Shown: piece after piece, positions 9,959 to 19,095 of the stretch
Layout: each line of letters opens with the position of its first letter
Numbering within the stretch: the first letter of the stretch is position 1
Assembly (NCBI GenBank): GCA_963710375.1
Contig: CAVPZX010000002.1
Span: 288,001 to 352,000, forward strand
Length of the DNA stretch: 64,000 nt
Reading direction: 5' to 3'
Origin: Nitrospirota bacterium
GTDB lineage: Bacteria > Nitrospirota > Thermodesulfovibrionia > Thermodesulfovibrionales > Dissulfurispiraceae
Notes under the pieces: generated by a model
Databases searched by the model: none
Seen by the model: only the letters and a program-made list of their open reading frames with translations
What the model was told of the DNA's origin: nothing
Made by a program: the position numbers and the translations under genes

Positions 9959-11305
9959 TCAAAGCCACGGCGGATGGTGAAACTCTGCGGATTTAGGCTC
10001 AGAGAGGCTCTCTAAATACCGGAGCGCTCGTTTGCAAGCTGCTTTGTGAGCATTAGGGTTACGCCTGAGCCGAGCGCAAAAGTCGGCAAGGTCACCAATG
10101 TTATCTTTAACGCCAAACATATAATAGACTGGAACCCGGACTGCTTCTCTCTCGGCCTTGTTCATTAGTAAGTACGTCAAGCCATTAATATAACCCTCGA
10201 TGTAGGCAACATCTTCATAAATACCTTGACTAAGCTTTTCTTTCTGCCACTTCTGATACGCTTTAATAGGTTCGGTGATTCTACAACGATGGGAATACTG
10301 TCCCGTGCCCCGCATTGAGATAGCACGCTCTAGTGCATGTATCATTCCATCTTGATAAGAAGCTGCAAATATCACTTCAGGGTGATCAGATATCCTGATG
10401 GTTTCATGTAGCAGGCAGTGATCCATGACAACAATCTCTAGAAGTTCTGATGCTGCATTATAAATACCATCGTCTATCATCGTCCCTTGAGCTACTGCAT
10501 GTTCTTTAACTTGAGCGAAAAAGAAAGTGCCATCGGTTTGTATCGGCATTAAGCCTGCAATCCTGAACTTCTCGCAGTCTTCAGCAGATGGCGCTACCAC
10601 GTATGCCTGCCTATGAAGCGAATTCATTTGCTTTTTCACAAATTTGTAGATGGCTGAAAAATCTGAATCTGAAAAAGAATATCCGACAAAGATGACTGTC
10701 TGTGTGGCAAGGATGGTTTTCAAGAGTCCGCCGATAACGCCGGAATGGAGGCGCTTCTGGCATTTTGCGTAGTCGCTAGTTGTGGCTACAATGGAGCCAT
10801 AGTTTGTAACTGACCCATGTATCTTTAACACCCTTCAATCCGCGGCTTCCCAAAAGGCCAAATCCGGATCAGTGACAAAGGGGGTAGCGTTGCAGAATTG
10901 TTCAAAGTAAGTGTCCCAATTTGTTGTAATGATGTTCCTAACCGGGAAAAACGTTCCGAGTTCGCGATGAAAGCGGGTTGCCCAGCGGGTCAGTTCCGGA
11001 AATGAGCTAATATAATCAAAACGGTCTTTGATTTGTTTCAGCAACTTGAACCTGCCGTTTGGCTGGCGGCAGTATTCCTCCATCAGATCGGGAAACGTAA
11101 GAAAGAGGCCAGTGTGTCCGATTTCGGCAGCCACTGACTCATAGAAGGTAGTTTTCAAAACGCTTCTCGCCTCGGTACTGATGCCAGCACCGGCAAACAC
11201 TGTGACGCTTCCATTGAGCAGTTCGCCCATGAGTTCATTGCTTATTACAAACTCATGTTTGTCCTTGCATAAGCTGCAATTGCAATTACCGTTCTTATTG
11301 ACCAT
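9959..11305 (-). pseudogene. SIR2-family (SIR2_2-like) NADase-type protein interrupted by an in-frame TGA at 10835-10837
   Basis: FAGAGIS and ITTNWD upstream of the stop; LKIHGS and FVGYSFSD downstream in the same frame (EAAD*RVLKIHGS). Confidence 0.85.
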
Positions 11306-11329
11306 ATTTTGCTTCACAGTTTGCCAAGA

Positions 11330-11358
11330 ACATTAAGATTGTTGCAGTTAAGTGTCAA
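11330..11358 (-). promoter_or_regulatory. Sigma-70-like promoter for the Sir2 gene
   Basis: TTGACA-17 bp-TAATGT on the minus strand, ~25 nt before ATG 11305. Confidence 0.55.
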
Positions 11359-11535
11359 CGGCTAAAAGTAAGAACAATTGGGTCTTGCATACATGGATAT
11401 AGATAGTCACTTTTTTATCGGCCTTATTTGCATGCTTGTCACCTGTCCCCACCATGCCTGTACCCCTTCCGCCTTTCCCACAGTCTTCCCGTGGCATTGA
11501 ATCGTTCCGATTGGGGTAACGCCTGCTTTATGCTT

Positions 11536-11838
11536 TTATTCCTTCCGACGCTTCTTTGCTCTCTTAAATATCTCGTCTATGGTCTGCCCTTCATAAAGAC
11601 GCCGGGAAATTTCTACATAATCGGTTGGTTCACGGTGGAGGAGGTTCAGGAATCTCAGGGCGGCAGAAGCACCGAGGGTTTTATTCAATGCGTCTATTCC
11701 TTTTAATTTAATCTCTGTGTCGTTCATGGCTTGTGTTTTCATGGCATACTTTCCCTGAATACCGCTTTTCAATAACGCCCTCAGATCACGCTCCAGGCGC
11801 AAATCATCGACAAGCTTCTCTTTAGGTTCCTTCTTCAT
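11536..11838 (-). CDS. Chimeric antitoxin-like protein (BrnA-like N-terminal 32 aa fused to a 68-aa antitoxin-like module starting at ATG 11742)
   Basis: N-terminus parallels ORF 12247-12501; C-terminal module (KGIDALNKTLG..AALRFL...TDY) parallels ORF 11999-12208. Confidence 0.7.
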   Translation of the reverse strand: MKKEPKEKLVDDLRLERDLRALLKSGIQGKYAMKTQAMNDTEIKLKGIDALNKTLGASAALRFLNLLHREPTDYVEISRRLYEGQTIDEIFKRAKKRRKE

Positions 11839-12002
11839 AAACCTCGCCCTCGGGAATGTATTTCTTCCCTGTTGAACTTGTAATTCTTGGGAAGAGCTAC
11901 GTTGTACCGGCTATAAATATCCTCAAGAATTTTCTTACGGTCTTTATCGGATTTAAGAATCGTTATGTGCCGGCCCCTCAGAATTTTAGCAATTTTTTTC
12001 AA
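11835..12002 (-). pseudogene. Antitoxin-like fragment not in the ORF track (55 aa from TTG)
   Basis: Reads ...LEDIYSRYNVALPKNYKFNREEIHSR; a KFNREE-type ending is typical of PIN-associated antitoxins. Confidence 0.5.
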
Positions 12003-12208
12003 CTCTTCATCCGCCTTTTCTTTATTTCCTTAACTATACTCTTGACATCTTCTCCCTTGAGCCACGACTGCCTTTCTTTGGTATAGTCTCCGGAGCCGGT
12101 TTCAAATTGCTGTAGAAACCGTGCCATGCCGATAGGCCCTAACTCTTTGACTAACGCCTCTATGCCTTGCTTGCGTAATTTAGCAGGGCTCAATGTCTGA
12201 ACACTCAT
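11999..12208 (-). CDS. Putative antitoxin of the type usually paired with a PIN toxin; toxin absent
   Basis: GIEALVKELGPIGMARFLQQFETGSGDYTKER pattern, 69 aa. Confidence 0.7.
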   Translation of the reverse strand: MSVQTLSPAKLRKQGIEALVKELGPIGMARFLQQFETGSGDYTKERQSWLKGEDVKSIVKEIKKRRMKS

Positions 12209-12246
12209 TTTTGAATCATCTCCATAAGCGACGGGAACGGCTTCCC

Positions 12247-12501
12247 TTATGCCCGAACTGTCCGTCTTGACTTGCTCTTAGCCTTGGGACCTTTCCTTAA
12301 CTGCATTACCAACCGTAATGTCTCATTTACTGCCTTACCGTCCGGGAATTCATCCGCAACATCAGGCTCCAGGAGCACCAGATTGGTTCCCTTCTGAAAA
12401 CGACTGGCATACTTTCCCCGAATACCGCCTTTCAATAACGTCTTCAGGTCGTACTCCGGGCGAAGATCATCGTCAAGCTTCTCTTTATGTTCCTTCTTCA
12501 T
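12247..12501 (-). CDS. BrnA-like antitoxin
   Basis: DDLRPEYD...GIRGKYA...VLLEPDVA..FPD..AVNE.LR; overlaps the end of brnT. Confidence 0.8.
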   Translation of the reverse strand: MKKEHKEKLDDDLRPEYDLKTLLKGGIRGKYASRFQKGTNLVLLEPDVADEFPDGKAVNETLRLVMQLRKGPKAKSKSRRTVRA

Positions 12502-12760
12502 AAGCCTCCCTCTCTGATTTGGTCAATTCCCTTGCACTGATAATTCTTGTTATGACTCCCTTATCGGTATGAGCAACCATGAGGAGACGGCCTTTACGTG
12601 AGTGACCGATAATAATATATCGTTCTTCCGCAATAGAGTGATCCGGGTCGAAAGTAGTTATACTGAGAGTGTCACCAAAAACTGTAGCCGCCTCGGTAAA
12701 TGTCACCTTGTGCTTTATAAAATTTCTCTCAGCTTTTCCGGCATCCCACTCAAATTTCAC
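12485..12760 (-). CDS. brnT: BrnT family RNase toxin (DUF497)
   Basis: MKFEWD..K...N..KH.V.F.EA..VF, HS..EERY..IG, RIISAR..T..ER..YE. Confidence 0.92.
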   Translation of the reverse strand: MKFEWDAGKAERNFIKHKVTFTEAATVFGDTLSITTFDPDHSIAEERYIIIGHSRKGRLLMVAHTDKGVITRIISARELTKSEREAYEEGT

Positions 12761-13166
12761 GATTCAACCTTTAGTTCTATTTTATCAGAATATGCCTTTT
12801 TCAGTGTAGCAGATTTGTAGCAGAAAATATCCGAAAGGACGGAAAATACCGAAAAGCCCGTAAATTATATGAAGTCCAAGCGTCCAGTAAAAACAGCATG
12901 TTGCGCCCGAACCATTGACAGAAGCCAATTTGCAAAAAATGCCTTGTTATTGCTCTCAAGGCTAAAACACGGGTTCGAATCCCGTTGGGACCACCAAATA
13001 AATTAAGGAATTACGCATCCATACACACTAAAATATCGCCTAAACAATAAAGTCCTTACATTTCAGCCCAGAGTGCTCAGACAGGAACATTGACAGAACG
13101 TTATAAACAATGTAATTTTAATCTGTACTATATATTGACGGCATATCTGAACCTGGCACGGACGAA

Positions 13167-14144
13167 ATGAGAGAAATGCCTCTCACTGGACATGACTTGC
13201 GGGATATTATCGCACGATGGGTGGCGCCCGCCAACGTGCCCTCATCGCCACGGATTGTCACTGACATATCGGATTTCTTCAAGGTCGACTATGACGATGT
13301 TGTAATTCTTGACGGGCGTCCTTATTTTATGCGAAATTATGAACGCGAGGGCCGTTTCGGCATTGATGATGAGCCTAAGTTCTGGGTCAGAAGAGCAATC
13401 GACCTGACTGACGGAAGCACAAAGATAATAAAAATGGTCTTTCACGAGCAGTTCCAGGCAAAGGTTGGCGATATAACATTCGATTGCGTCAGAAGCCCGA
13501 GAAAAGAGGCCATTATCCTCGATATGGTTAAAGGACATCCCAATTTCATGCAGGGTTTTTCTGTGAAAGACCCGACTGGAAACATAATCAGGATAATAGA
13601 TTTTATTGAAGGCAAGACACTGGCTGACCATGTGCTGAGACTTGGTGAAACCCATGAAGATTATTTCTACACCTTTTTCCCTTCCGTACTGAGTGAATAT
13701 ACTGATTTGGTAAAGGCAATAAGATTTCTTCACGAACGCGGCGAGAAGCACGGCGATATCAGGCGCGATCACGTAATAAAGGAAAAGAATACCGGTCTGT
13801 GCCGCTGGATAGATTTCGATTTTAACTATATGAATGCCGGAAATATGTTCGGATATGACCTGTTCGGGTTAGGCAATATCCTGGTCTACCTTGCAGCCAG
13901 AGGCGACATAACCTTGCAGGGTCTCAAGAAAGAACGTTCGCCTGTTCTAGATCAATTAACAGCCGATGACATGAATATAATTTTCAACAACAGGCTGGTC
14001 AATCTGAAAAAAGTCTATCCGTACATACCCGATTCCCTTAATGTCGTGCTGCTTCACTTTTCAATGGGAGCAAATACTTTTTATGACGATACTGAACAGC
14101 TCCTCATGGACCTGAACGAGGTCAGGGAGATAATCGCGTTATAA
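13167..14144 (+). CDS. Protein kinase-like protein
   Basis: Beta3 Lys (KIIK), DFIEG hinge, catalytic HGDIRRDH, DFDF and D.FGLG motifs. Confidence 0.75.
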   Translation: MREMPLTGHDLRDIIARWVAPANVPSSPRIVTDISDFFKVDYDDVVILDGRPYFMRNYEREGRFGIDDEPKFWVRRAIDLTDGSTKIIKMVFHEQFQAKVGDITFDCVRSPRKEAIILDMVKGHPNFMQGFSVKDPTGNIIRIIDFIEGKTLADHVLRLGETHEDYFYTFFPSVLSEYTDLVKAIRFLHERGEKHGDIRRDHVIKEKNTGLCRWIDFDFNYMNAGNMFGYDLFGLGNILVYLAARGDITLQGLKKERSPVLDQLTADDMNIIFNNRLVNLKKVYPYIPDSLNVVLLHFSMGANTFYDDTEQLLMDLNEVREIIAL

Positions 14145-14215
14145 ACAATGAAACCACAGAGTGCAGAGAATGCCTTTTGAAGAAGACTTAATTTTTAATT
14201 AAAGGAGAAAATGTT

Positions 14216-14695
14216 ATGGCAGCGGAAAAGATGTGTTTCCTTGATAAAAACAGACATATTATGATTGCTGTGGATGAATCTGAAAATGCAAAGCGCGCCC
14301 TCCTATATGTGGCGGAATTTTTGGGCGGCGTTCCAGGGTTCTGCGTATCAATACTACGCATCATACCTGAGCCCCCGGTCGATTATTTCAAGACAGATGA
14401 GGAGCGCAGCGAGTGGATAAACCGGAATAAAACCGAGGCGGCGGCGATGCTCGACAATTATCGCCGGATACTTGTTCAGTCAGGATTCGGAGAAAACAAC
14501 GTTGAGCCGCTCACGGAGATCAGCTCTTGCCCGTCTATTGCGGATTGTATCCTGAATGAACGGCAGCGGCTCAATTGTGACACTCTTGTTATAGGACGGC
14601 GGGGCATATCCAAAAAAGAGGAATTCCTGTTCGGCAGCACATCCAGCAAAATCGTCCATTCCGCCAGGAATTGTGCTGTGTGGGTAATCGAATAA
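14216..14695 (+). CDS. Universal stress protein
   Basis: IMIAVDESENA; LVIGRRG.....FLFGSTSSKIVH....AVWVIE. Confidence 0.93.
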   Translation: MAAEKMCFLDKNRHIMIAVDESENAKRALLYVAEFLGGVPGFCVSILRIIPEPPVDYFKTDEERSEWINRNKTEAAAMLDNYRRILVQSGFGENNVEPLTEISSCPSIADCILNERQRLNCDTLVIGRRGISKKEEFLFGSTSSKIVHSARNCAVWVIE

Positions 14696-14792
14696 ACATT
14701 AACTTCTTCCGAGCTATTGAACCCATTTACCGATTTTTCAGCCTTTTTTATCTGTTATAATATACCAAAAGCTTTTTCTATGGAGAGGAAAT

Positions 14793-15143
14793 ATGAAGAC
14801 CATCCAATATCCCGAGATCTCGCCAACCGTTTTCAATAATGACAAGGCGAAAGGTGTCGCAGCCCGTGTTGTGATAGGTAAAGCTGACGGAGCTGCCAAT
14901 TTTTACATGCGAGTCTTCGAGATCACCGCTGGTGGTAATACGCCGAAGCACAGCCATGACTGGGAGCACGAAATGTTCTACCATGCCGGGCAGGGTGAAG
15001 TATTCTGCGACGGAAAGTGGAATCCGGTTAAAGCCGGCAGTGTTGTGTTCATTCCCGGCAACGTGGAGCATCAGATCCGAAACACAGGCACTGACCCGCT
15101 GGTGATCGTTTGTCTGGTTCCATCATTCGCACCCGAGCTTTAG
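14793..15143 (+). CDS. Cupin-domain protein
   Basis: TPKHSHDWEHE...G.G and FIPGNVEHQ motifs. Confidence 0.9.
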   Translation: MKTIQYPEISPTVFNNDKAKGVAARVVIGKADGAANFYMRVFEITAGGNTPKHSHDWEHEMFYHAGQGEVFCDGKWNPVKAGSVVFIPGNVEHQIRNTGTDPLVIVCLVPSFAPEL

Positions 15144-15169
15144 AAGAAATTAATGGTGAGGAGGACCCA

Positions 15170-15632
15170 ATGACAGACTCTTAACCCCGGGGTACAAGCC
15201 CCTGACTTTTCTCTTTCAACCGCCCCTGATAAAAAAGTATCCCTCTCGGACTTTCGAGGGCAACCCGTAGTCCTGGTCTTCTACCCGGCAGATTGGAGCC
15301 CTGTCTGCAGTGACCAGTTGGCTCTCTACAACGAGTTGAAGCCAGAATTCTCCGGGTTTAAAGCGCAGATCATAGGCATATCGGTCAACAACTTCTGGTG
15401 CCATCTCGCATTCAGCAAAGACCGCAAATTGCACTTTCCTCTCCTGGCGGATTTTGAGCCCAAAGGCGCAGTGGCCCGTCAGTACGGCGTCTACCGGGAA
15501 AAAGACGGCGTGTCGGAGCGGGCGTTGTTTGTCATTGATGCCGAGGGGGTCATTCGTTGGAGTTACGTCTCGCCTAAGGGCATCAATCCGGGCGCTGACG
15601 GTATTTTGAAAGCTCTCGAATCGATAGCGTAA
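15170..15632 (+). pseudogene. Peroxiredoxin (AhpC/TSA, AhpE-like) with an out-of-frame start codon
   Basis: Frame from 15174 reads QTLNPGVQAPDFSL...VLVFYPADWSPVCSDQL...ERALFVID; SD GAGGAGG plus ATG at 15170 is one base off frame. Confidence 0.8.
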
Positions 15633-15675
15633 GTCAATAAAACATTCAGCGTCCGAAACTGAGTCAGGAGGCATA

Positions 15676-16236
15676 ATGGACAAACACGCCACGCTCACCC
15701 AGCCAGTATCAGCCCGCGACCACGCTGAAGGACCCGCCGCCGCACCTATGACGTTAGTGGAATACGGCGATTATCAATGCCCTTACTGCGGAGCCGCCTA
15801 TCCCGTGGTGAAGCGTCTACAGAAGACGTTGGGGAAGAAGCTGCGATTTGTATTCAGGAACTTCCCTTTGACCCAGGCGCATCCCTATGCCCTGATCGCG
15901 GCCGAAGCGGCGGAAGCCGCCGCTCTCCAGGGTAAGTTTTGGGAGATGCACGATCTGCTTTTTGAACAGCAGCCCTTACTGGAGCCGGACATCATTTCCC
16001 TGTGGGCAAAAAAGATAGGGTTGGATCTCAAAAAATTCAGGAACGATACCAAGCAAGGCGTTGTTGCACAGCGTCTTCAGGAAGACCGCCAGAGCGGCAT
16101 CCGCAGTGGCGTTAACGGCACACCGACCTTTTTTATCAACGGAACACGCTATGACGGCTCGCCGGCTTATGATTCGCTGCTGGCTGTCTTAAAATCCGAA
16201 GCGCACATATCCTCGAAAAAGGAGGCAACGTTGTGA
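15676..16236 (+). CDS. DsbA-family thioredoxin-fold protein
   Basis: EYGDYQCPYC, FRNFPL..HP and GVNGTPTFFING motifs. Confidence 0.92.
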   Translation: MDKHATLTQPVSARDHAEGPAAAPMTLVEYGDYQCPYCGAAYPVVKRLQKTLGKKLRFVFRNFPLTQAHPYALIAAEAAEAAALQGKFWEMHDLLFEQQPLLEPDIISLWAKKIGLDLKKFRNDTKQGVVAQRLQEDRQSGIRSGVNGTPTFFINGTRYDGSPAYDSLLAVLKSEAHISSKKEATL

Positions 16237-16332
16237 CCAAGTCACATACTATCTCAAGGCACTTATCCTCAGGAACGGCTTTCCCGGTTGACCTTGAACT
16301 GGCAATGAACAACAACGAAAGGCAGGCAGAGA

Positions 16333-16827
16333 ATGGAAATTAAACAAATCAATGTACAACGACTCAGCGTGACTTCTTCTAAGCCATTTCGTGAAGTGAT
16401 CGGAGTATTCGATGTTGTATTGGGCCATACAGATATGAACGCGTTTCGAGCAAATGTCGCCGCGGCAGAAACGTACTCCGATCTGGAAAAGGTCGTCCAC
16501 GCAGCTATTGGGCCAACCGAATTGATAGAGTTTATACGTTTTGACCTCGGCGAAATTCTGCGTAAACGAAATGGAGCGGAAGCGCCACAGAGCCTTCGTA
16601 TCGTCCTGGGCAACCCGCTCATCATGAGCCTGATGGTTGAGCAGGTGCCAGATGCCGGCTCGTACGCGCCGGTGACTATTCTGATCGACGAGCGTAATGA
16701 CGGAGTTCACCTCTCTTATGACAGGATGGCCAGTTTTCTTGCCCCATATGGAAACCCCGAAGCACTGAAAGTGGCTCAAGACCTTGATTCGAAAGTTGAG
16801 GCACTAATATCTGCCGCTGCAGGTTAG
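16333..16827 (+). CDS. DUF302 family protein
   Basis: GNPLIM..M.....AGSYAPVTILI.E and LD.K..AL motifs. Confidence 0.8.
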   Translation: MEIKQINVQRLSVTSSKPFREVIGVFDVVLGHTDMNAFRANVAAAETYSDLEKVVHAAIGPTELIEFIRFDLGEILRKRNGAEAPQSLRIVLGNPLIMSLMVEQVPDAGSYAPVTILIDERNDGVHLSYDRMASFLAPYGNPEALKVAQDLDSKVEALISAAAG

Positions 16828-17034
16828 GTGTAAGTTTAATATGGCATGTATTAAATAAAGGGGGGTGGTAATCTTTGATCTTGAGGTATTCCTGAAAACT
16901 GCTACACTATAAGAAAGATATCAACATTCTGTTAAGGAGGCTCCGCGGCTAAGCACCTTTTTTCTCCTTGATGATTTCGATTTCGACAACCACGGCCATT
17001 GATGCCGGCATAATTCAGCGGGAGGTAAATGCAC

Positions 17035-17598
17035 ATGGGAAAAGTTTTCAAAATTCTCGGTTTTGCAGGAAGCTTGCGCAAAAATTCTTACAACAAATCT
17101 CTTTTGAGTGCTGCATTGGAACTTCTTCCGGAAGGGGTTGCGCTCGAGATTTTTGACCTGGAAGGCATTCCGCCCTTTAATCAGGATTTCGAGAATCAGC
17201 CCGCAGAAAAGGTGAAGGAGTTCAAAGCAAAAATCAGGGCAGTTGACGCCATACTCATTGCGACACCGGAATACAACTATTCGATCCCTGGCGTGTTGAA
17301 GAATGCCATCGATAGCGCTTCCCGACCTTATGGCGACAACGCGTTCGCAAATAAGCCGGTAGCTATAATGGGTGCTTCCCCCGGCATGATAGGCACTGCA
17401 AGGGCACAGTATCATTTACGGCAATGTTTTGTCTTCCTGAATTGTTTTGTAATGAACCAGCCAGAGGTTATGGTATCCTCTGCCCACGAAAGAATTGACA
17501 AAGACGGCAAAGTAACAGATCAGAAAACAAGGGAACTAATCAGGAAACTGCTGGAGAACTTCGTAGAATGGTCCGGAAGAGTGACGCATTCGACGTGA
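17035..17598 (+). CDS. NADPH-dependent FMN reductase (ChrR/YieF-like)
   Basis: GSLRKNSYN, TPEYNYSIPGVLKNAID and GTARAQYHLRQ motifs. Confidence 0.93.
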   Translation: MGKVFKILGFAGSLRKNSYNKSLLSAALELLPEGVALEIFDLEGIPPFNQDFENQPAEKVKEFKAKIRAVDAILIATPEYNYSIPGVLKNAIDSASRPYGDNAFANKPVAIMGASPGMIGTARAQYHLRQCFVFLNCFVMNQPEVMVSSAHERIDKDGKVTDQKTRELIRKLLENFVEWSGRVTHST

Positions 17599-17772
17599 AA
17601 GAGTGAGGAGGTAAAGCACGGCAAACCCATTTGTTCATATTGAATTGAATACTCCAGACGCTTTCGCCCAGATGGCAAAGAAATGAACCGCTGGTGAGGC
17701 GAACCGGAAGGGAAAGAACTAGATGTGACGGTAGAACCGTCCCATCTAACACGATATTGTATTTTTGCACTG

Positions 17773-18999
17773 ATGTATAACTATAGAATCAAACTAATAG
17801 ATGGGGAACAGTTTGCAGTTTTTGACTCTTCAAAACTGCCGATAGGATCAGTGCTTCCTTTTGATGTTTACTGCCAGGAGAAGGACGGCATGAAAGTATT
17901 GTTCGCCAGGGGAACGATTTTCAGCCCGCTCGAAAAGAACATAGTAGTCAGGAATGAATTTACCAACCTCTACGCCAAGCTATTCGAGGCATGGCAGATT
18001 AATCAGTTGCTTTTCGGCAAGAAGCGCAAAGTCAGTTCTTTTCTCGACGACCAGATAGAATTCCAGAAATATTCGACACAAAAAGCAAGCTATTTTCATA
18101 TCGACAGTAGTCTTCTTAAGCCTGGCAGCGAGATAGACTTTGACCTGTTCGTAATCAACAGGTCCTCTTTCAGTCAGATCGTTGAGGCCTCCGAGGGTGA
18201 TCCGTTCGAAATAAAAACCGGCTTATCCGACATACAGGGAGACATAGCGGTAAAAAAGTCCGATATTTCCAGATATCTACACTACTTAACCTCGTTGGAA
18301 GGCAACGCCGCGGGAACAGCCGGATCAATTGCCAGGGAATCTGCAAGGGCAATAATGAAGAATGTCCTGGAGGATCCATATGATGTCCTAAAAATAGAGG
18401 AAGCCTGCCGCGCTTCGAACCAACTGAGTCAATATCTGTTTGAAAATAAGGACTCGATCTACAACTTGCTCTTATTGAAGAATAATGACTTCTATCACTA
18501 TACACATTCCGTCAATACCGCGCTTTTGTCCATCAGGCTCGGTATCGAGTCAGGAATGGACAAGGAAACCCTGGGAAAACTGGGCATCGGCGCAATGCTT
18601 CACGATATCGGCAAAAGTTTAATCCCAAATCACATACTCAACAAGCAGGGCAAGCTTGATCACACCGAATACGTTGTGTTTCAAAGCCACGTGGTTGAGG
18701 GGGTGAAGATTTTGCGGCGCGATGAGAAGATAATCCCACAAGAATCTTTTGTCGCCGTCCTGCAGCATCATGAAAAACTGAACGGTCGCGGGTACCCCAA
18801 TAAATTAAAAAACAAGGATATTAAACTTTTCGGTCGCATAACCGCCATCGCGGACTGTTACGACGCCATGATAAGCAGGAGGCCATTCAGGCCGGCACAA
18901 TCATCCTTCAAAGCGCTCTCGGCTATTGCGAAAGAGACTAAGAGTTACGACCCTGCACTATTAAGATTATTCATCCAGATGCTTGCGAAGATAAAATAG
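17773..18999 (+). CDS. HD-GYP domain protein (cyclic dinucleotide phosphodiesterase-like)
   Basis: HSVN, LHDIGK, HHEKLNGRGYP and ADCYDAM motifs; start could be GTG 17725. Confidence 0.9.
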   Translation: MYNYRIKLIDGEQFAVFDSSKLPIGSVLPFDVYCQEKDGMKVLFARGTIFSPLEKNIVVRNEFTNLYAKLFEAWQINQLLFGKKRKVSSFLDDQIEFQKYSTQKASYFHIDSSLLKPGSEIDFDLFVINRSSFSQIVEASEGDPFEIKTGLSDIQGDIAVKKSDISRYLHYLTSLEGNAAGTAGSIARESARAIMKNVLEDPYDVLKIEEACRASNQLSQYLFENKDSIYNLLLLKNNDFYHYTHSVNTALLSIRLGIESGMDKETLGKLGIGAMLHDIGKSLIPNHILNKQGKLDHTEYVVFQSHVVEGVKILRRDEKIIPQESFVAVLQHHEKLNGRGYPNKLKNKDIKLFGRITAIADCYDAMISRRPFRPAQSSFKALSAIAKETKSYDPALLRLFIQMLAKIK

Positions 19000-19095
19000 A
19001 GCAGTCGCTTCCAGTTCATATGCGCGTTCATCATAACAGTGCCGCTGCCTTGCAAAAAAAGATCGGGTTGTCGTAGATTATGACAGGAGACCAAG

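Larger units (their letters stand above)
9828..12996. mobile_element. Integrase-less genomic islet in tRNA-Glu (att-like direct repeats 9828-9871 and 12953-12996)
   Basis: 42/44 identical direct repeat starting at the anticodon loop; cargo is a Sir2 gene and toxin-antitoxin modules. Confidence 0.88.

Noticed and set aside
10835..10837. Selenocysteine reading of the TGA in the Sir2 gene
   Set aside because: Not an evident Cys-equivalent position and no convincing SECIS hairpin seen; CGA>TGA is simpler
12953..12996. Second tRNA-Glu gene
   Set aside because: Only the 3' half is present; it is the att repeat
13155..13169. TGGCAC upstream of the kinase as a sigma-54 promoter
   Set aside because: No GC at the -12 position (reads AAAT)
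17720..17748. Hairpin TAGATGTGACGGT-AGA-ACCGTCCCATCTA as a group II intron end or riboswitch
   Set aside because: No domain V consensus or RT gene; a single isolated hairpin
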